A stretch of 64,000 nucleotides of DNA. Origin: Tubiluchus corallicola. Lineage: Eukaryota; Animalia; Priapulida. The notes beneath the pieces were generated by a model. That model saw only the letters and a list, made by a program, of their open reading frames with translations, was not told where the DNA came from and did no database searches. The position numbers were made by a program, and so were the translations under genes. The DNA is taken from NCBI GenBank assembly GCA_030141605.1, contig JAQGDQ010000883.1, forward strand, positions 1 through 64,000, written 5' to 3'. This document shows positions 55,401 through 64,000 of the stretch, piece after piece. Position 1 is the stretch's first letter; each line of letters begins with the position of its first letter.

Positions 55401-58400
55401 TTTCCCGCAACAGATGCTGTATTTGCTACGTCAGCTACCGAAAGCCGCCAGCCAAAAATCCGAGACGCCCGAAGTGAAGAATCTTCTGCAGAAGTTGGAG
55501 TTTCAGGTAGATTTTGTTTGGCGCAATAGTATGGGCAGTTTTGTAGATGGACAGTATCGTAACGTTAGTAAACACAACTAACTTTAGTAACTTTGGTATC
55601 GTAACGTAAGTACAGCTTTCGGAAGGAGTTTACTATTCTCTACACAATTTAAATATCTTAACCCTAACCCTAACATTAATCATAGCCTAACGCTAATCAT
55701 AGCCTAACCCTAACACTAATCATAGCCTAACGCTAATCATAGCCTAACCCTAACCCTAACACTAATCATAGCCTAACCCTAACCCTAACACTAATCATAG
55801 CCTAACCCTAACCCTAACACTAATCATCGCTTCACAAATTCATTTCTTGTGTTTGGGGAATTGTAAATTTTAGCCCTGCTTTCTACATATGTCTAGCGCA
55901 GAGCATATGATATTGATACAACCATGTGAATGGAACAATGTAATTAATGTAGTTACTGTACGTTGTATAGGTACTACTGATGAGACCTGTGAATCCATAA
56001 TAATCGATTTGGGTTCTTTTTCGGTCGTTGATTGAGCAAATCCTAAATGAATGGACGTGAACGTAATATAGACATCTATATGCTAACTTAATGGACGTGA
56101 TGGACGTTGTTGAAATGAAATCAGACGGCAGAACTAGTCAAATTGGTTTGCATGTGATATGGAGTTCATCACGTTTAAACAAACGTCCATCTGGCACTAA
56201 ACATTAAGCCCTCCCCGTCAAAAATTCATTTCTTGTGTTTCTTACTCTTTAAAATGCAATTGCAGTATTATAGCAAGAAAGAACGCCATCTGTTTGGTAA
56301 GAACGTGTCAAAACATCAAATTTGTTAAAACTATACAGTCTAGACTCGTTATCTCACCACTGTCCGTCTAAGCAAATTTTTTTCAAGAGGCGAGTATGGC
56401 GAGATAACGGGAATATAACGAAGTTAGCCTATATGTATATACATAATAGTTGATTAACATAGTGTTCCTCTATGTACATATAAAATATATTTCGCATTAT
56501 GATACCAATCAACATGTCTGTCTATCGAGTACAGCAGCATTGTCTACATACCGCTGTTATATTGATCGACACGCGGTATATGTATTGATTGATTCACCTC
56601 TGAGTTTGTCTGTTTGGCGACATAACGAATATAGTTTACATAAGCACTCATCCTAGCATGACGTGGCGAGGGTGGCGACTTAACGAGGTAAATATCAAAG
56701 CAGGAAATCCGTCCTGGTACTTTCTCTGGCGAGAGACGAGTTTGGCGGCATAACGAGGGGTGAAATAACGAGGCTAGACTATAGTTATTGCGTTTTATTT
56801 TTGCTCAACAGAAATATGTGATTTAATTGCAGATATTTTAGAAGTTTAATCACCGACTAGATTAATATTTGTTGATAACCGATGCGATCTTTTAGGCACA
56901 AGAAATTGAAGCGCTGAGTAATTTACACGAAAAACTTCAGTCGAAAGAGACAGAGATGTCCGACTTGAAGAAACAGCTGACGATCGCCAAGCTGAACAGC
57001 ACGAAGAAGATGACACTGCTGCCTCAGATTGTGTCGCCGTCTGGTGGTTCGTCACCATTTGCTCCACCTGCAAAAGCGGTAAGATGAGAGCCCTCTTATT
57101 GGAACGACTACTACTCCAAGGTCGCTTAAATGCCTCATAATCGATAGGCGTTGAACCTTCTGCGAGGTTAATATTCTGAATAGGTGCGGGGTCGCATATC
57201 TGGAAACCATTCGAAAGCAGTTTTCTTGGAGGTCGCTCATCCATTTGTTGACAGGCTTTGCGATGCTTAACTTTGTTTGCTAGCTATACATTATTATTAT
57301 GGCTGCTTGACTCAATATGTTGTCGTTGCTGCTTAATTTACGGGTAGTGATATAAGCGTGTGGTCTAATGCTTTGGCGATGATGTAGGGCAAGCTTATAT
57401 AGCATGAGAGATGTTACCGAAACTGAATTTACAAACCCAAACAGTTTTATCAGTTTCTCAGTTTGACATTTTTCCTTCAGTTATTAGCTAAAGTAGTTTT
57501 TATCATCTTACAATTGTGTAAATTCAAATTTATAATGTTTTTGTAGTAAATATGTCTTCATTTAGCATATTACACGGTTGCTATGGTTGCTATGGTTACC
57601 ATCATTAATACAATCACGTTTAGGTTGCTAAGCCAAAACGAACGATAGCCTATGCTGACGATTCTCTAACGGGGAGCGAGGTTTCGGACACGGACGATCC
57701 AGATAATGATCCGGACTGGCAACAGACTCCGTACATGATCCACGCTCGCCGGATCATCAAGAAGGCAAGAGAGCGGACGGAGCAATCGCTTCAATCCAAG
57801 GTAATCCGAAGTGAATTCTGTAATCTAAAAGTCGTGCACGACGTCAAGCATTTACACCAGACGCGTCTTTTGCAAATATAATTTTATGTCTGTGAAGATT
57901 TGAATCAATTCATTGTAAATGCCGACTGTGTTGTATATTCTGCGCGGTAGCTATTGTAGCGATTCCATCGAGTACTCAAGTACCCGTGTAATTACCCGCA
58001 CTGTTTATTACTTGAGCCCTATATTTCTACCCGGTTACAGCAACAAAAATGGTTGCAGACATTATTTGTAATACGATATCGATTGTTAGAGAATTAAAAC
58101 TTTAAATGCCACATTCTGTCGTTCGCTTTTACAGTAGATACTTACTAGCAAACTACGTGTATTAAGTACTGCGTCGGCAGCTGCCAGGGTAAGAGCCAAT
58201 CACTGTAGAGAGATCGCAGATCAAACCATTTTTGCCGTAGGGTGACTTGCAAAATATTTTTACCGCGAAGTTAATTATCCAAACGAAATTGTTTATTACC
58301 GTTTAAAAAGCTATTTCATGCCATTAGCAAAGATACAAATTAACAGATTGTTAAGTTTAACGGCACACAAGAAGGGTAATATAGATTATTTTATTTCCCT

Positions 58401-61400
58401 ACCCACCTGTGCCGAATTAAAAGTGCTCAGTGTCTGTACATAGTAGGCTGATGTAGCCGATTCATTCACGAAGCGTGCAATTATTAAGTAAGTAAGAAGT
58501 CTGGCATATAAAAACCTTGTGTGGGAAAGCAGTAACTTCTGCGACTCGCTGCTCGTGCGTTCAGGCTTTCAGGGTGTAATAACCGAACGCTTATTGTTAA
58601 TATAGTGACGCAATTAGTCGTTTTTCTTTGTGAATATAAATCATTACAATTTCTTCACTGCCGCTGAATCTTGACAATCGGGTACCTGGGTACTCGACGG
58701 GTATAAGGAACACGGTACCCTAATCTGATTTGTGCTACCCGTGTAAACACTAGTCTACTGTCTAATGTTGGAGAAAGGAGTCCAGGAATAACTACATGAG
58801 GGAAACATCCGTGTCCTTATCTTACTGCAGGGATGAGAATGTTCCGTGGATACGCGGAATTCCGAGTTTTTGGAGGATCAGTCGTGCCATTTTTGTAAAT
58901 CGCGCGAATTTGTTGAGAAAATTTTTACGGACCCAGTACATTGTTTCACAAGCTGGCTGCTAGTTGGCAGGCCGTCACTTTATTTACATCACGTACATAA
59001 CCACGTGTATATCTCTTCGTATAAAAATATAGAATCAATTGTGTGGAGTTATTTGAGTCAATTGCAGACAGTTTTTATATACTTTTGCATAGGAGCGGCC
59101 AGTACTTGAGACAATTAAGTATCATGTATCCTTGATAGTTGGGCATTTTAAATTATGCACGAAACTAGGTAACTGATATTTTAAGTCCAATTAGACGCTC
59201 TCTATGGTTACAAAATTGCAATTTCAGCCCCATTGAGGGCTTAGGCGACCCCAAGACCCCCGGCCTGTTTCAGAGTTTTTTGCAATTTCTTATTCTCATC
59301 CCTGTAGATTGTTTTGACCTACAGTGTAATATTGGGTCTTTTTTGTTTAATAAATGGCATGAATGAACAGAAATAAAGATGAGAGAGAAAAAAATGACGA
59401 TGAGTGCAGAAATTAGAAAATTAATAAGAATTATTGATGAGAACGAAATATGCATAATTTTCCTACACATAGTGTATTGTGAAGGTAATTAAAGAAATCA
59501 TGTTGCGAGTTCATGGTGGTCAGATGTTAAAGAAGCGCGTAGCTTTTACTTGATATTTGATTCTACGTTCATAGATGTTTTCGACATTTTAGCAGCAGCT
59601 GAACACTTCTGCGGGAGGGTGCAAGTGTAAGGTGAGCAACTGTTCAAATAAGCTGTGCAAGTGTCGCAAATCCGCACAGATGTGCGGTGAAAACTGCGGT
59701 TGTGACCAGACCACGTGCGCGAACAAACCGGGCAAAGAAAATGTGAGTAAATTACCTGTATGGTTGCTGTTATAAATGCTTCACGGCTTGTAAGTGCATT
59801 TTTGTGATTGCGTGTTTTTGATTTGTTCGTTTTAACTCTTGCACAACCTGCCCCACATTGTGCAATTACAGCAAATCACTTCTTATATGATGCTTGCAGA
59901 GCCTACCCCACAATTGTGCAAGTACGGCGAATCATTTCTGTTATAATGCCTGCAGAAACTACCCCACAATTGTGCAAGTATGGTAAATCACTTCTGTTAT
60001 GATGCGTGCAGAATCTGTCCCACAATTTTGCAGGTATGGTGAATCACTTCTGTTATGATGCTTGCAGAATCTGTCCCACAATTGTGCAAGTACGGTGAAT
60101 CATTTCTGTTCTAATGCTTGCAGAATCTGTCCCACAATTGTGCAAGTATGATGAATCACTTCTCTTACAATACTTGCAGAATTTGTCCCACAATTGTGCA
60201 AGTATGGTGAATCATTTCTGTTACAATGCTTGCAGAATCTGTCCCACAATTGTGCAAGTATGGTAAATAATTTCTGTGATGATATGTGCAGATCCTGCCC
60301 CATAATTGTGCAAGTATGGTGAATCATTTCTGTTACAATGCTTGCAGAGCCTGCCCCACAATTGTGCAAGTATGGTGAATCATTTCTGTTACAATGCTTG
60401 CAGAATCTGTCCCACAATTGTGCAAGTATGGTGAATCACTTCTCTTATAATGCTAGCAGAATATGTACCACAATTGTGCAGGTATGGTCAATCACTTCTA
60501 TTATGATGCGTGCAGAGCCTGCCCCACAATTGTGCAAGTATGGTGAATCACTTCTGTTATAATGCTTGCAGAATCTGTCCCACAATTGTGCAAGTATGGC
60601 ATTATGATTCAGCGGCAGGTCCTGCCTAATGTTGTTGCAGTTGGGCTGTCACCTATCCATTATTTAAGTAGATTCTCTATTGGCTAACTTTGGTTGAGAT
60701 AGCACACAATATGACCCTTCGGCTATATTCTCGCCCAAGATTCTATTTAAATTTCGGTCCAACCGACATGCTTGTGAAAAACAGTCCGCCTTGGGTCGAA
60801 CTCTGGTTCTTCTGATGATATGAAGTTTGAAAGGGGGCTGCCATCTTTGCACGTCATACTTTGACTCCTTGTAAATATCTTAGCCACTACAGATGGCGTT
60901 ACTGTTTCATCGTACAGTACGGAACAACTTTCACTGGTTGAAGTCTTTGTTTTGTCTAATAACTTTTATTATAATTCCAGTTTGATACCGAAGATCAGAG
61001 TACAGTGAATTCGCTACTTAACACAACTTTTGAAGTGACCACCACTGACTGTACTGTGAAAGTGTCTCCTTTAAAACCGTCCGTGGAGCCCATGAGGATG
61101 GCTACCATGTCACCGATGCGGAAAGCCAATCATGCTGTATGCCACCTTTAGAATACTTGTATTTCAATTTTATATACACGCTATATGGTTTTCTGATTGT
61201 GATACGTAGTTGTTAATGTTTGAGTTGACAAATTATGCTTTTTCCATGTTCCATGATATAGAAATGGTATTGCAAATAATAAAATCAGCTACTGGAAACT
61301 TGCAAAAGTGCCCAACAGGTGGCACTAGCAGAAGCGAGCCAGGTGTGACATTGAAAATCACTAAACTGAAGGGTTAATGGGAACATTTTTAAAATCGTTT

Positions 61401-62232
61401 ATTTCTCCCGTTTTGCTTTGCCAAAAATTAGCCAAAGAAATTTGTCGCATTTTCCATGTTTGTCACCAAACTGTGATGTTAGTGTTGGCAATCATCCGAA
61501 TAGGTTTATATTAATTAATTAATTAATTGTTTATCTGAATTATTGGGTACTTATCATTTCAATCTTTAAAGGGGAAGAAAGGGCTGTTTTCCCTTAAAAT
61601 TATCCCAAAAACTTTCCACACTAACTTATATTACGTTGCATTATGCTTACTTGTTTGAAAGATTTGTGTAATTGAAAAAGAAAATTCTTAGTTAATTTAA
61701 AAATTCTCCTGCCAGAGTGCACCACTGGTTCACCATAAAACACATTGATTTTACTGGCAATACAAAGTAATTTACATTTTTGCTTCGTTAGTGAAGAGTG
61801 TGCTACGAATGCTCTGATTATTTTTCAAACTGTACACAAAGTTATCTAAAGTTATTTCAAACGATCTACTGTCAAAATGGCGGCGCCTAACAGGCGTCGT
61901 GTGAGTTTAAATTCTCTAGTTTTTATACAGCGTTACTGTTAATGCAAGCTCTGTGCAGAATAAGACAGCGTGTAAGTGATACGAAATTTGAGAACTAATT
62001 TTTAAGCTTTGTTTGCAAAGATCATTTTCTTCTGCATTGAGTATCTCGTCTTTTTCAGATGAAGGAGAGAAATGATAATGTAACTAGTGCAAGCAGTGGT
62101 GAGTCCTCTCCGGAGTTCCGCGTCCGCAAACGCTTCGACTTTGAAGATGCCACCGATGATGGCGTAATGCACAGAAGAAAGAAGCTTCTTAGCAAAGCAC
62201 AAAAAACTTCTTATTTCAGTCCACTGAATTGA
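20083..62232 (+). CDS. KIF4: Kinesin-4 family chromokinesin KIF4, 25 coding exons, ~1238 aa
   Basis: Motor motifs [56 protein letters not shown]4 coiled coil [23 protein letters not shown], nine-Cys tail domain and terminal RRKKLL..SYFSP. All exon phases are compatible. Confidence 0.93.
20402..20934. mobile_element. hAT-type MITE family A
   Basis: TIR CAGGGATGAGAA...TTCTCATCCCTG; 8-bp TSD GGTTGAAG/TGTTGAAG. Confidence 0.85.
21370..21814 (-). mobile_element. 5'-truncated RTE-clade LINE
   Basis: Peptide [16 protein letters not shown]...[18 protein letters not shown]; perfect 16-bp TSD AATGAACAACTTCAAT at 21354 and 21815. Confidence 0.88.
21995..22109 (+). CDS. KIF4: KIF4 exon 2 ([15 protein letters not shown]...LFK)
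   Basis: AG/GT ends, phase 0 to 1; kinesin FTYDYVF motif. Confidence 0.9.
22685..27410. repeat. 53-bp tandem satellite (~89 units) in KIF4 intron 2
   Basis: Unit TATCTACAGTATGCTCTACAGCTGCAGCTTGAATTACTTCACTGATTGTTACG; no unique spacers. Confidence 0.97.
28290..28474 (+). CDS. KIF4: KIF4 exon 3 (P-loop [21 protein letters not shown])
   Basis: AG/GT ends; Walker A motif. Confidence 0.95.
29400..30243 (+). mobile_element. Degenerate L2/Crack-like LINE 3' end, interrupted by a family A MITE
   Basis: Peptide APKCWNKLP...[10 protein letters not shown]; tail AATAAATACATTATTATTATT resumes after the MITE. Confidence 0.65.
29735..30164. mobile_element. hAT-type MITE family A
   Basis: Body matches the 20402 copy; right TIR TTCTCATCCCTG. 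Confidence 0.85.
30333..30419 (+). CDS. KIF4: KIF4 exon 4 ([10 protein letters not shown]...IREDP..GGIK)
   Basis: AG/GT ends; kinesin motif. Confidence 0.9.
31265..31406. repeat. (TC)n microsatellite
   Basis: Directly visible. Confidence 0.95.
31656..31819 (+). CDS. KIF4: KIF4 exon 5 (switch [16 protein letters not shown])
   Basis: AG/GT ends; switch I motif. Confidence 0.95.
31877..32694. mobile_element. Kolobok/T2-type MITE with ~5.7 tandem 72-bp units
   Basis: TTAA|AGGCAAGAACAAG ... CTTGATCTTTCCT|TTAA; second copy at 48447. Confidence 0.8.
34421..34515 (+). CDS. KIF4: KIF4 exon 6 (switch [14 protein letters not shown])
   Basis: AG/GT ends; switch II motif. Confidence 0.95.
34600..35290. 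repeat. 26-bp minisatellite (~26 units)
   Basis: Unit CCACGTGTCCATGAATCTTATATGTT. Confidence 0.95.
35856..36314. repeat. Near-identical direct duplication, 239-bp period
   Basis: GAATCTTAATTAAATAATG...TTGCTGCACATTT starts at 35860 and 36099. Confidence 0.9.
36340..36459 (+). CDS. KIF4: KIF4 exon 7 ([16 protein letters not shown]...[14 protein letters not shown])
   Basis: AG/GT ends; microtubule-binding motif. Confidence 0.95.
36489..36608 (+). pseudogene. Full-length 5S rRNA-derived sequence heading a longer retroelement-like body (to ~37065)
   Basis: CTACGGCCATATCACGTTGAA...GATCACCGAAGTTAAGCAAC...GGTTAGTACTTGGATGGGTGACCGCC...GTGCTGTAG; several substitutions and no oligo-T terminator. Confidence 0.85.
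37574..37749 (+). CDS. KIF4: KIF4 exon 8 ([42 protein letters not shown])
   Basis: AG/GT ends; end of the motor domain. Confidence 0.95.
37763..38239. mobile_element. hAT-type MITE family A
   Basis: CAGGGAGGAGAA...TTCTCATCCCTG. Confidence 0.85.
38467..38531 (+). CDS. KIF4: KIF4 exon 9 ([10 protein letters not shown]...)
   Basis: TACAG|...|GTAAGT; neck coil; phase 0 to 2. Confidence 0.85.
38639..40266. mobile_element. ~280-bp inverted repeat pair (38639-38915 / 39990-40266): one long-TIR element or two opposed copies; solo copy at ~51200-51480
   Basis: AAGCCTTTTCACAG...CTAGCTAGCTGTTAAAACTG versus its reverse complement. Confidence 0.7.
40477..40522 (+). CDS. KIF4: KIF4 exon 10 ([15 protein letters not shown])
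   Basis: TACAG|...|GTAAG; phase 2 to 0. Confidence 0.85.
41293..41383 (-). mobile_element. 5S rRNA-derived head truncated after box C (SINE3-like fragment)
   Basis: Reverse complement: AAAACACCGGTTCTCGTCTGATCACCGAAGTTAAGCAACGTAGAGCCTGGTTAGTACTTGGACGGGTGAC. Confidence 0.8.
41769..41905 (+). CDS. KIF4: KIF4 exon 11 ([28 protein letters not shown])
   Basis: AG/GT ends; KIF4-like coil. Confidence 0.9.
42072..42554. mobile_element. hAT (Charlie-like) MITE family B
   Basis: CAGGGGTGAGCAAA...TTTGCACACCCCTA; TSD GCATAAAC/GCATAAGC. Confidence 0.85.
42640..43325 (+). mobile_element. CR1-group LINE 3' end with three 74-bp tandem units in the 3'UTR (43004-43226)
   Basis: CSC...[11 protein letters not shown]...LLLFG...FILSTKRL* zinc-knuckle C-terminus. 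Confidence 0.75.
44249..44688. mobile_element. hAT-type MITE family A
   Basis: CAGGGATGAGAA start; flanks TACTTGAT/CACTTGAT. Confidence 0.8.
44741..45197. mobile_element. piggyBac-type MITE candidate
   Basis: TTAA|CCCTTT ... AAAGGG|TTAA. Confidence 0.65.
45263..45611 (+). CDS. KIF4: KIF4 exon 12 (...[26 protein letters not shown]...QYE)
   Basis: AG/GT ends; KIF4 conserved coil. Confidence 0.9.
46008..46456. mobile_element. hAT MITE family B (opposite orientation)
   Basis: Perfect 8-bp TSD CTTTACAT. Confidence 0.88.
47131..47379 (+). CDS. KIF4: KIF4 exon 13 ([17 protein letters not shown]...)
   Basis: AG/GT ends; KIF4 conserved coil. Confidence 0.92.
48161..48355 (+). CDS. KIF4: KIF4 exon 14 ([15 protein letters not shown]...VLRRKTEQ)
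   Basis: AG/GT ends; kinesin-4 signature. Confidence 0.95.
48447..49764. mobile_element. Kolobok/T2-type MITE with ~11.7 tandem 72-bp units
   Basis: TTAA|AGGAAAGAACAAG ... CTTGGCCTTTCGT|TTAA; unique body matches 32293-32694. Confidence 0.8.
50184..50297 (+). CDS. KIF4: KIF4 exon 15 ([12 protein letters not shown]...)
   Basis: AG/GT ends; conserved motif. Confidence 0.92.
50343..50879. mobile_element. PIF/Harbinger-type MITE candidate
   Basis: TAA|GGCCCATTTCACA ... TGTGAAATGGGTT|TAA. Confidence 0.65.
51505..51651 (+). CDS. KIF4: KIF4 exon 16 ([28 protein letters not shown])
   Basis: AG/GT ends; conserved motif. Confidence 0.92.
51740..51852 (+). CDS. KIF4: KIF4 exon 17
   Basis: AG/GT ends; phase 0 to 2. 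Confidence 0.85.
51965..52426. mobile_element. Tc1/pogo-type MITE
   Basis: TA|CAGTGGCCGCTGCTTATTATGGACAC ... GTGTCCACAATAAGCGGCTGCCACTG|TA. Confidence 0.8.
53008..53137 (+). CDS. KIF4: KIF4 exon 18 ([12 protein letters not shown]...[18 protein letters not shown])
   Basis: AG/GT ends; conserved motif. Confidence 0.93.
53408..53897. mobile_element. hAT MITE family B
   Basis: CAGGGGTGTGCAAATT...AATTTGCACACCCCTG; perfect TSD CGTTACAG. Confidence 0.9.
54046..54216 (+). CDS. KIF4: KIF4 exon 19 (...QHEDK)
   Basis: In-frame acceptor ATTAG; donor GTAAGA. Confidence 0.8.
55414..55506 (+). CDS. KIF4: KIF4 exon 20 (MLYLLRQL...LEFQ)
   Basis: AG/GT ends; KIF4 LYLL motif. Confidence 0.9.
55658..55828. 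repeat. Telomere-like (CCCTAA) units interleaved with CTAATCATAGCCTAA
   Basis: Directly visible. Confidence 0.85.
56336..56781. mobile_element. Tc1/pogo-type MITE
   Basis: TA|CAGTCTAGACTCGTTAT ... ATAACGAGGCTAGACTA|TA. Confidence 0.75.
56896..57078 (+). CDS. KIF4: KIF4 exon 21
   Basis: AG/GT ends; open reading frame, phase 0. Confidence 0.85.
57624..57800 (+). CDS. KIF4: KIF4 exon 22 (acidic stretch, DPDWQQTP)
   Basis: AG/GT ends; acidic-Trp motif of kinesin-4 tails. Confidence 0.85.
58828..59304. mobile_element. hAT-type MITE family A
   Basis: CAGGGATGAGAA...TTCTCATCCCTG. Confidence 0.85.
59593..59742 (+). CDS. KIF4: KIF4 exon 23, nine-cysteine domain ([35 protein letters not shown])
   Basis: Cys spacing matches the KIF4 Cys-rich domain; donor AAT|GTGAGT. 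Confidence 0.92.
59840..60598. repeat. 56-bp minisatellite (~13.5 units)
   Basis: Unit GCAGAATCTGTCCCACAATTGTGCAAGTATGGTGAATCATTTCTGTTACAATGCTT. Confidence 0.93.
60981..61136 (+). CDS. KIF4: KIF4 exon 24
   Basis: CCAG|TTT...GCT|GTATGC; open, phase 0; low-conservation tail. Confidence 0.72.
62059..62232 (+). CDS. KIF4: KIF4 last exon (...[19 protein letters not shown])
   Basis: ttttcAG acceptor; basic plus aromatic C-terminal motif like vertebrate KIF4A; TGA stop. Confidence 0.85.
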   Translation: MKERNDNVTSASSGESSPEFRVRKRFDFEDATDDGVMHRRKKLLSKAQKTSYFSPLN

Positions 62233-62605
62233 CACGGATTAACTGCGGGGACTGCGACATTTTTGCTCTTTTCCACTTTGATTCCAATCGTCTATGAAGT
62301 TTTATTCCTTGTTCATAGCCTGTCTTTACACATTTTGCTTTTAAGCTATAATGCGGTGCTGCCATCTATGTGCAGTTAGACAAACTCGTATTCCGTCATC
62401 TGCATTTCATAGTTTTGGTTTGTGCAGAATTTTTTGTACTTGTGAAAAATCACGTTCGTCTTTGCAAAGTGTGGCTGGTTTGTCTAACGAGAAGTTAATG
62501 AAGTTAACGATGAAGCGGCGGTGAGACGTTGAGCAGCCATCTTGAATCCTGCTGTGTTCTTCGTCGTTGCACATTGTGTGTTAGTAGTGTAACTATAGGT
62601 GATTA

Positions 62606-63066
62606 CACTCGTATCTCGGTTTGCTGGACAAAAGCGGGGAGACGATGATCCGAATTTGCCGATTGTCCGTATTTCCCGATACTAAGCTATTACAGTAGGT
62701 GCCGTACGTGTAATAGACTCACAGTAATGTAGAATCAATTGACTAATTGTTTCAAAAACATCTAGTACGGACCACACCTATAGAAAAGTATATAAAAACG
62801 GCAATTGACTAAAATAACTCTGCATAATTGACTCTATATTTTTTCCTCCAAACAATATTGTTAAATTATGAATATTAAACCACTTAACCACGTTAAAATA
62901 CAAGCTACAGACGTGCCGTTACACGCTGCTTGGTTACACTGATGTAATGATGTAAATAAAATGACGGCCCACCAACTAGCTGTTGCGTGACTTGTTTAAC
63001 GGTCCAGATTTTGTCCGATTCTTCGATATCCGTAAAAGCGAGGTCTGGCAAACCAGGATATGAGTG
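62606..63066. mobile_element. Tc1/mariner-type MITE; fragments at ~21130-21255 and ~54930-55118
   Basis: TA|CACTCGTATCTCGGTTTGCTGGAC ... GTCTGGCAAACCAGGATATGAGTG|TA. Confidence 0.75.
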
Positions 63067-63190
63067 TATTGCATTGTTTCATAAGCACAATGACTCTAGG
63101 ACACATTGTCTTTTCTTGCTAATAGCTTTGTGATGAGTGAATAGAGTTCACCAATCCTCTGTTCTGTGTTGTCTGCTCCCTTACTATGTA

Positions 63191-63605
63191 CAGTCGACCC
63201 TTGTTAAACCGGACCCAGTTAGCCCAGATATCGGATAAGATGGACGTCATCTGTGGTAAAGGAAACTGACCGATTTCCAACCGAGCCGGAGCGCTAAACA
63301 CAACACGGCCTACCAACTCTCCACGAGCCAGTGACGGGCCGAAGCGGCTCGCGGTGCCGCCCAGGCTGCTACGATTCCCGCCAAAATTCAGTTTGCTTAT
63401 CCCATCGAAAGCACTCGCTAATTTCTTTATCCTCACAGGTTAACTATTTTAAAGTAATATACAGTATAGAATATAGTGCAATGTATATAGGCCTTATTAA
63501 GGTGATTATTCCTGTATAATATAGACCATATATAGGCATATCGGACAATCGGCTAAACCGGACCACCCACCCACCCAATTAGTCCGGTTTAACGAGGGTT
63601 GACTG
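63191..63605. mobile_element. Tc1/pogo-type MITE
   Basis: TA|CAGTCGACCCTTGTTAAACCGGAC ... GTCCGGTTTAACGAGGGTTGACTG|TA. Confidence 0.85.
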
Positions 63606-64000
63606 TATAGTGTGTATATTAACATTGTACGTATTATGTAGTTTAGGTACATTTGTCAATAGTAGCTGCTCTTTCATTAAAAGTGCCTTGAGAATGACTC
63701 GTTCTTTTGTAAAATTCATCATTTCTTGCTGGAATAATATTGTTGATAGAATAGATGTTATCTGTAGCTTTTTATTGCTCACGTTTGCTTAATGAACATG
63801 AACACTCTGCCAAATTATTGATTTATTTATGATTGTTCACTTAGACTCTGTAATCTGCTTGTTTTTGCACGATTATTTTTTTATTTTCTTGGGCTAGAGT
63901 GACGAAGAAGTGATGTCGGTAAAATTTTCATGGATTCCATTGAAACTTTACTGATCCAAATCATTTTTTTATCACAGCCGCTTAAAAAGTTTTATAGTTA

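Noticed and set aside
60100-60562. Cys/His-rich ORFs
   Set aside because: Translations of the 56-bp minisatellite
63579-64000. Possible end of a convergent downstream gene
   Set aside because: Short ORFs without recognisable similarity or clear splice sites; window edge

Overview
Animal (invertebrate, AT-rich, intron- and repeat-rich) genomic DNA; the 5S and SINE types suggest a lophotrochozoan, but that is weak inference. It holds two genes. (1) A two-exon class C (mGluR-like) GPCR on the minus strand (8926..6833 + 3061..2561, 864 aa). A second, orphan copy of its terminal exon lies upstream (13485..12964), with no partner first exon visible in the window. (2) A complete kinesin-4/chromokinesin KIF4 on the plus strand: 25 coding exons from 20083 to 62232, traced by hand with GT-AG ends and consistent phases, about 1238 aa. 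A G2/M-type promoter (E2F/CCAAT/CHR-like motifs) lies upstream. Non-coding DNA carries hAT, Tc1/pogo, piggyBac, Kolobok and Harbinger-type MITEs, RTE/L2/CR1 LINE ends, tRNA- and 5S-headed SINE-like elements, a 4.7-kb 53-bp satellite with higher-order structure and several minisatellites. No CRISPR or prokaryotic system is present. The best leads are the orphan GPCR exon with a homogenised TM core, a non-glutamate ligand pocket, an in-frame cryptic donor that would delete the KIF4 Cys-rich domain, 5S-headed chimeric retroelements and a TIR-amplifying Kolobok MITE. Coordinates were counted by eye; repeat edges are approximate.
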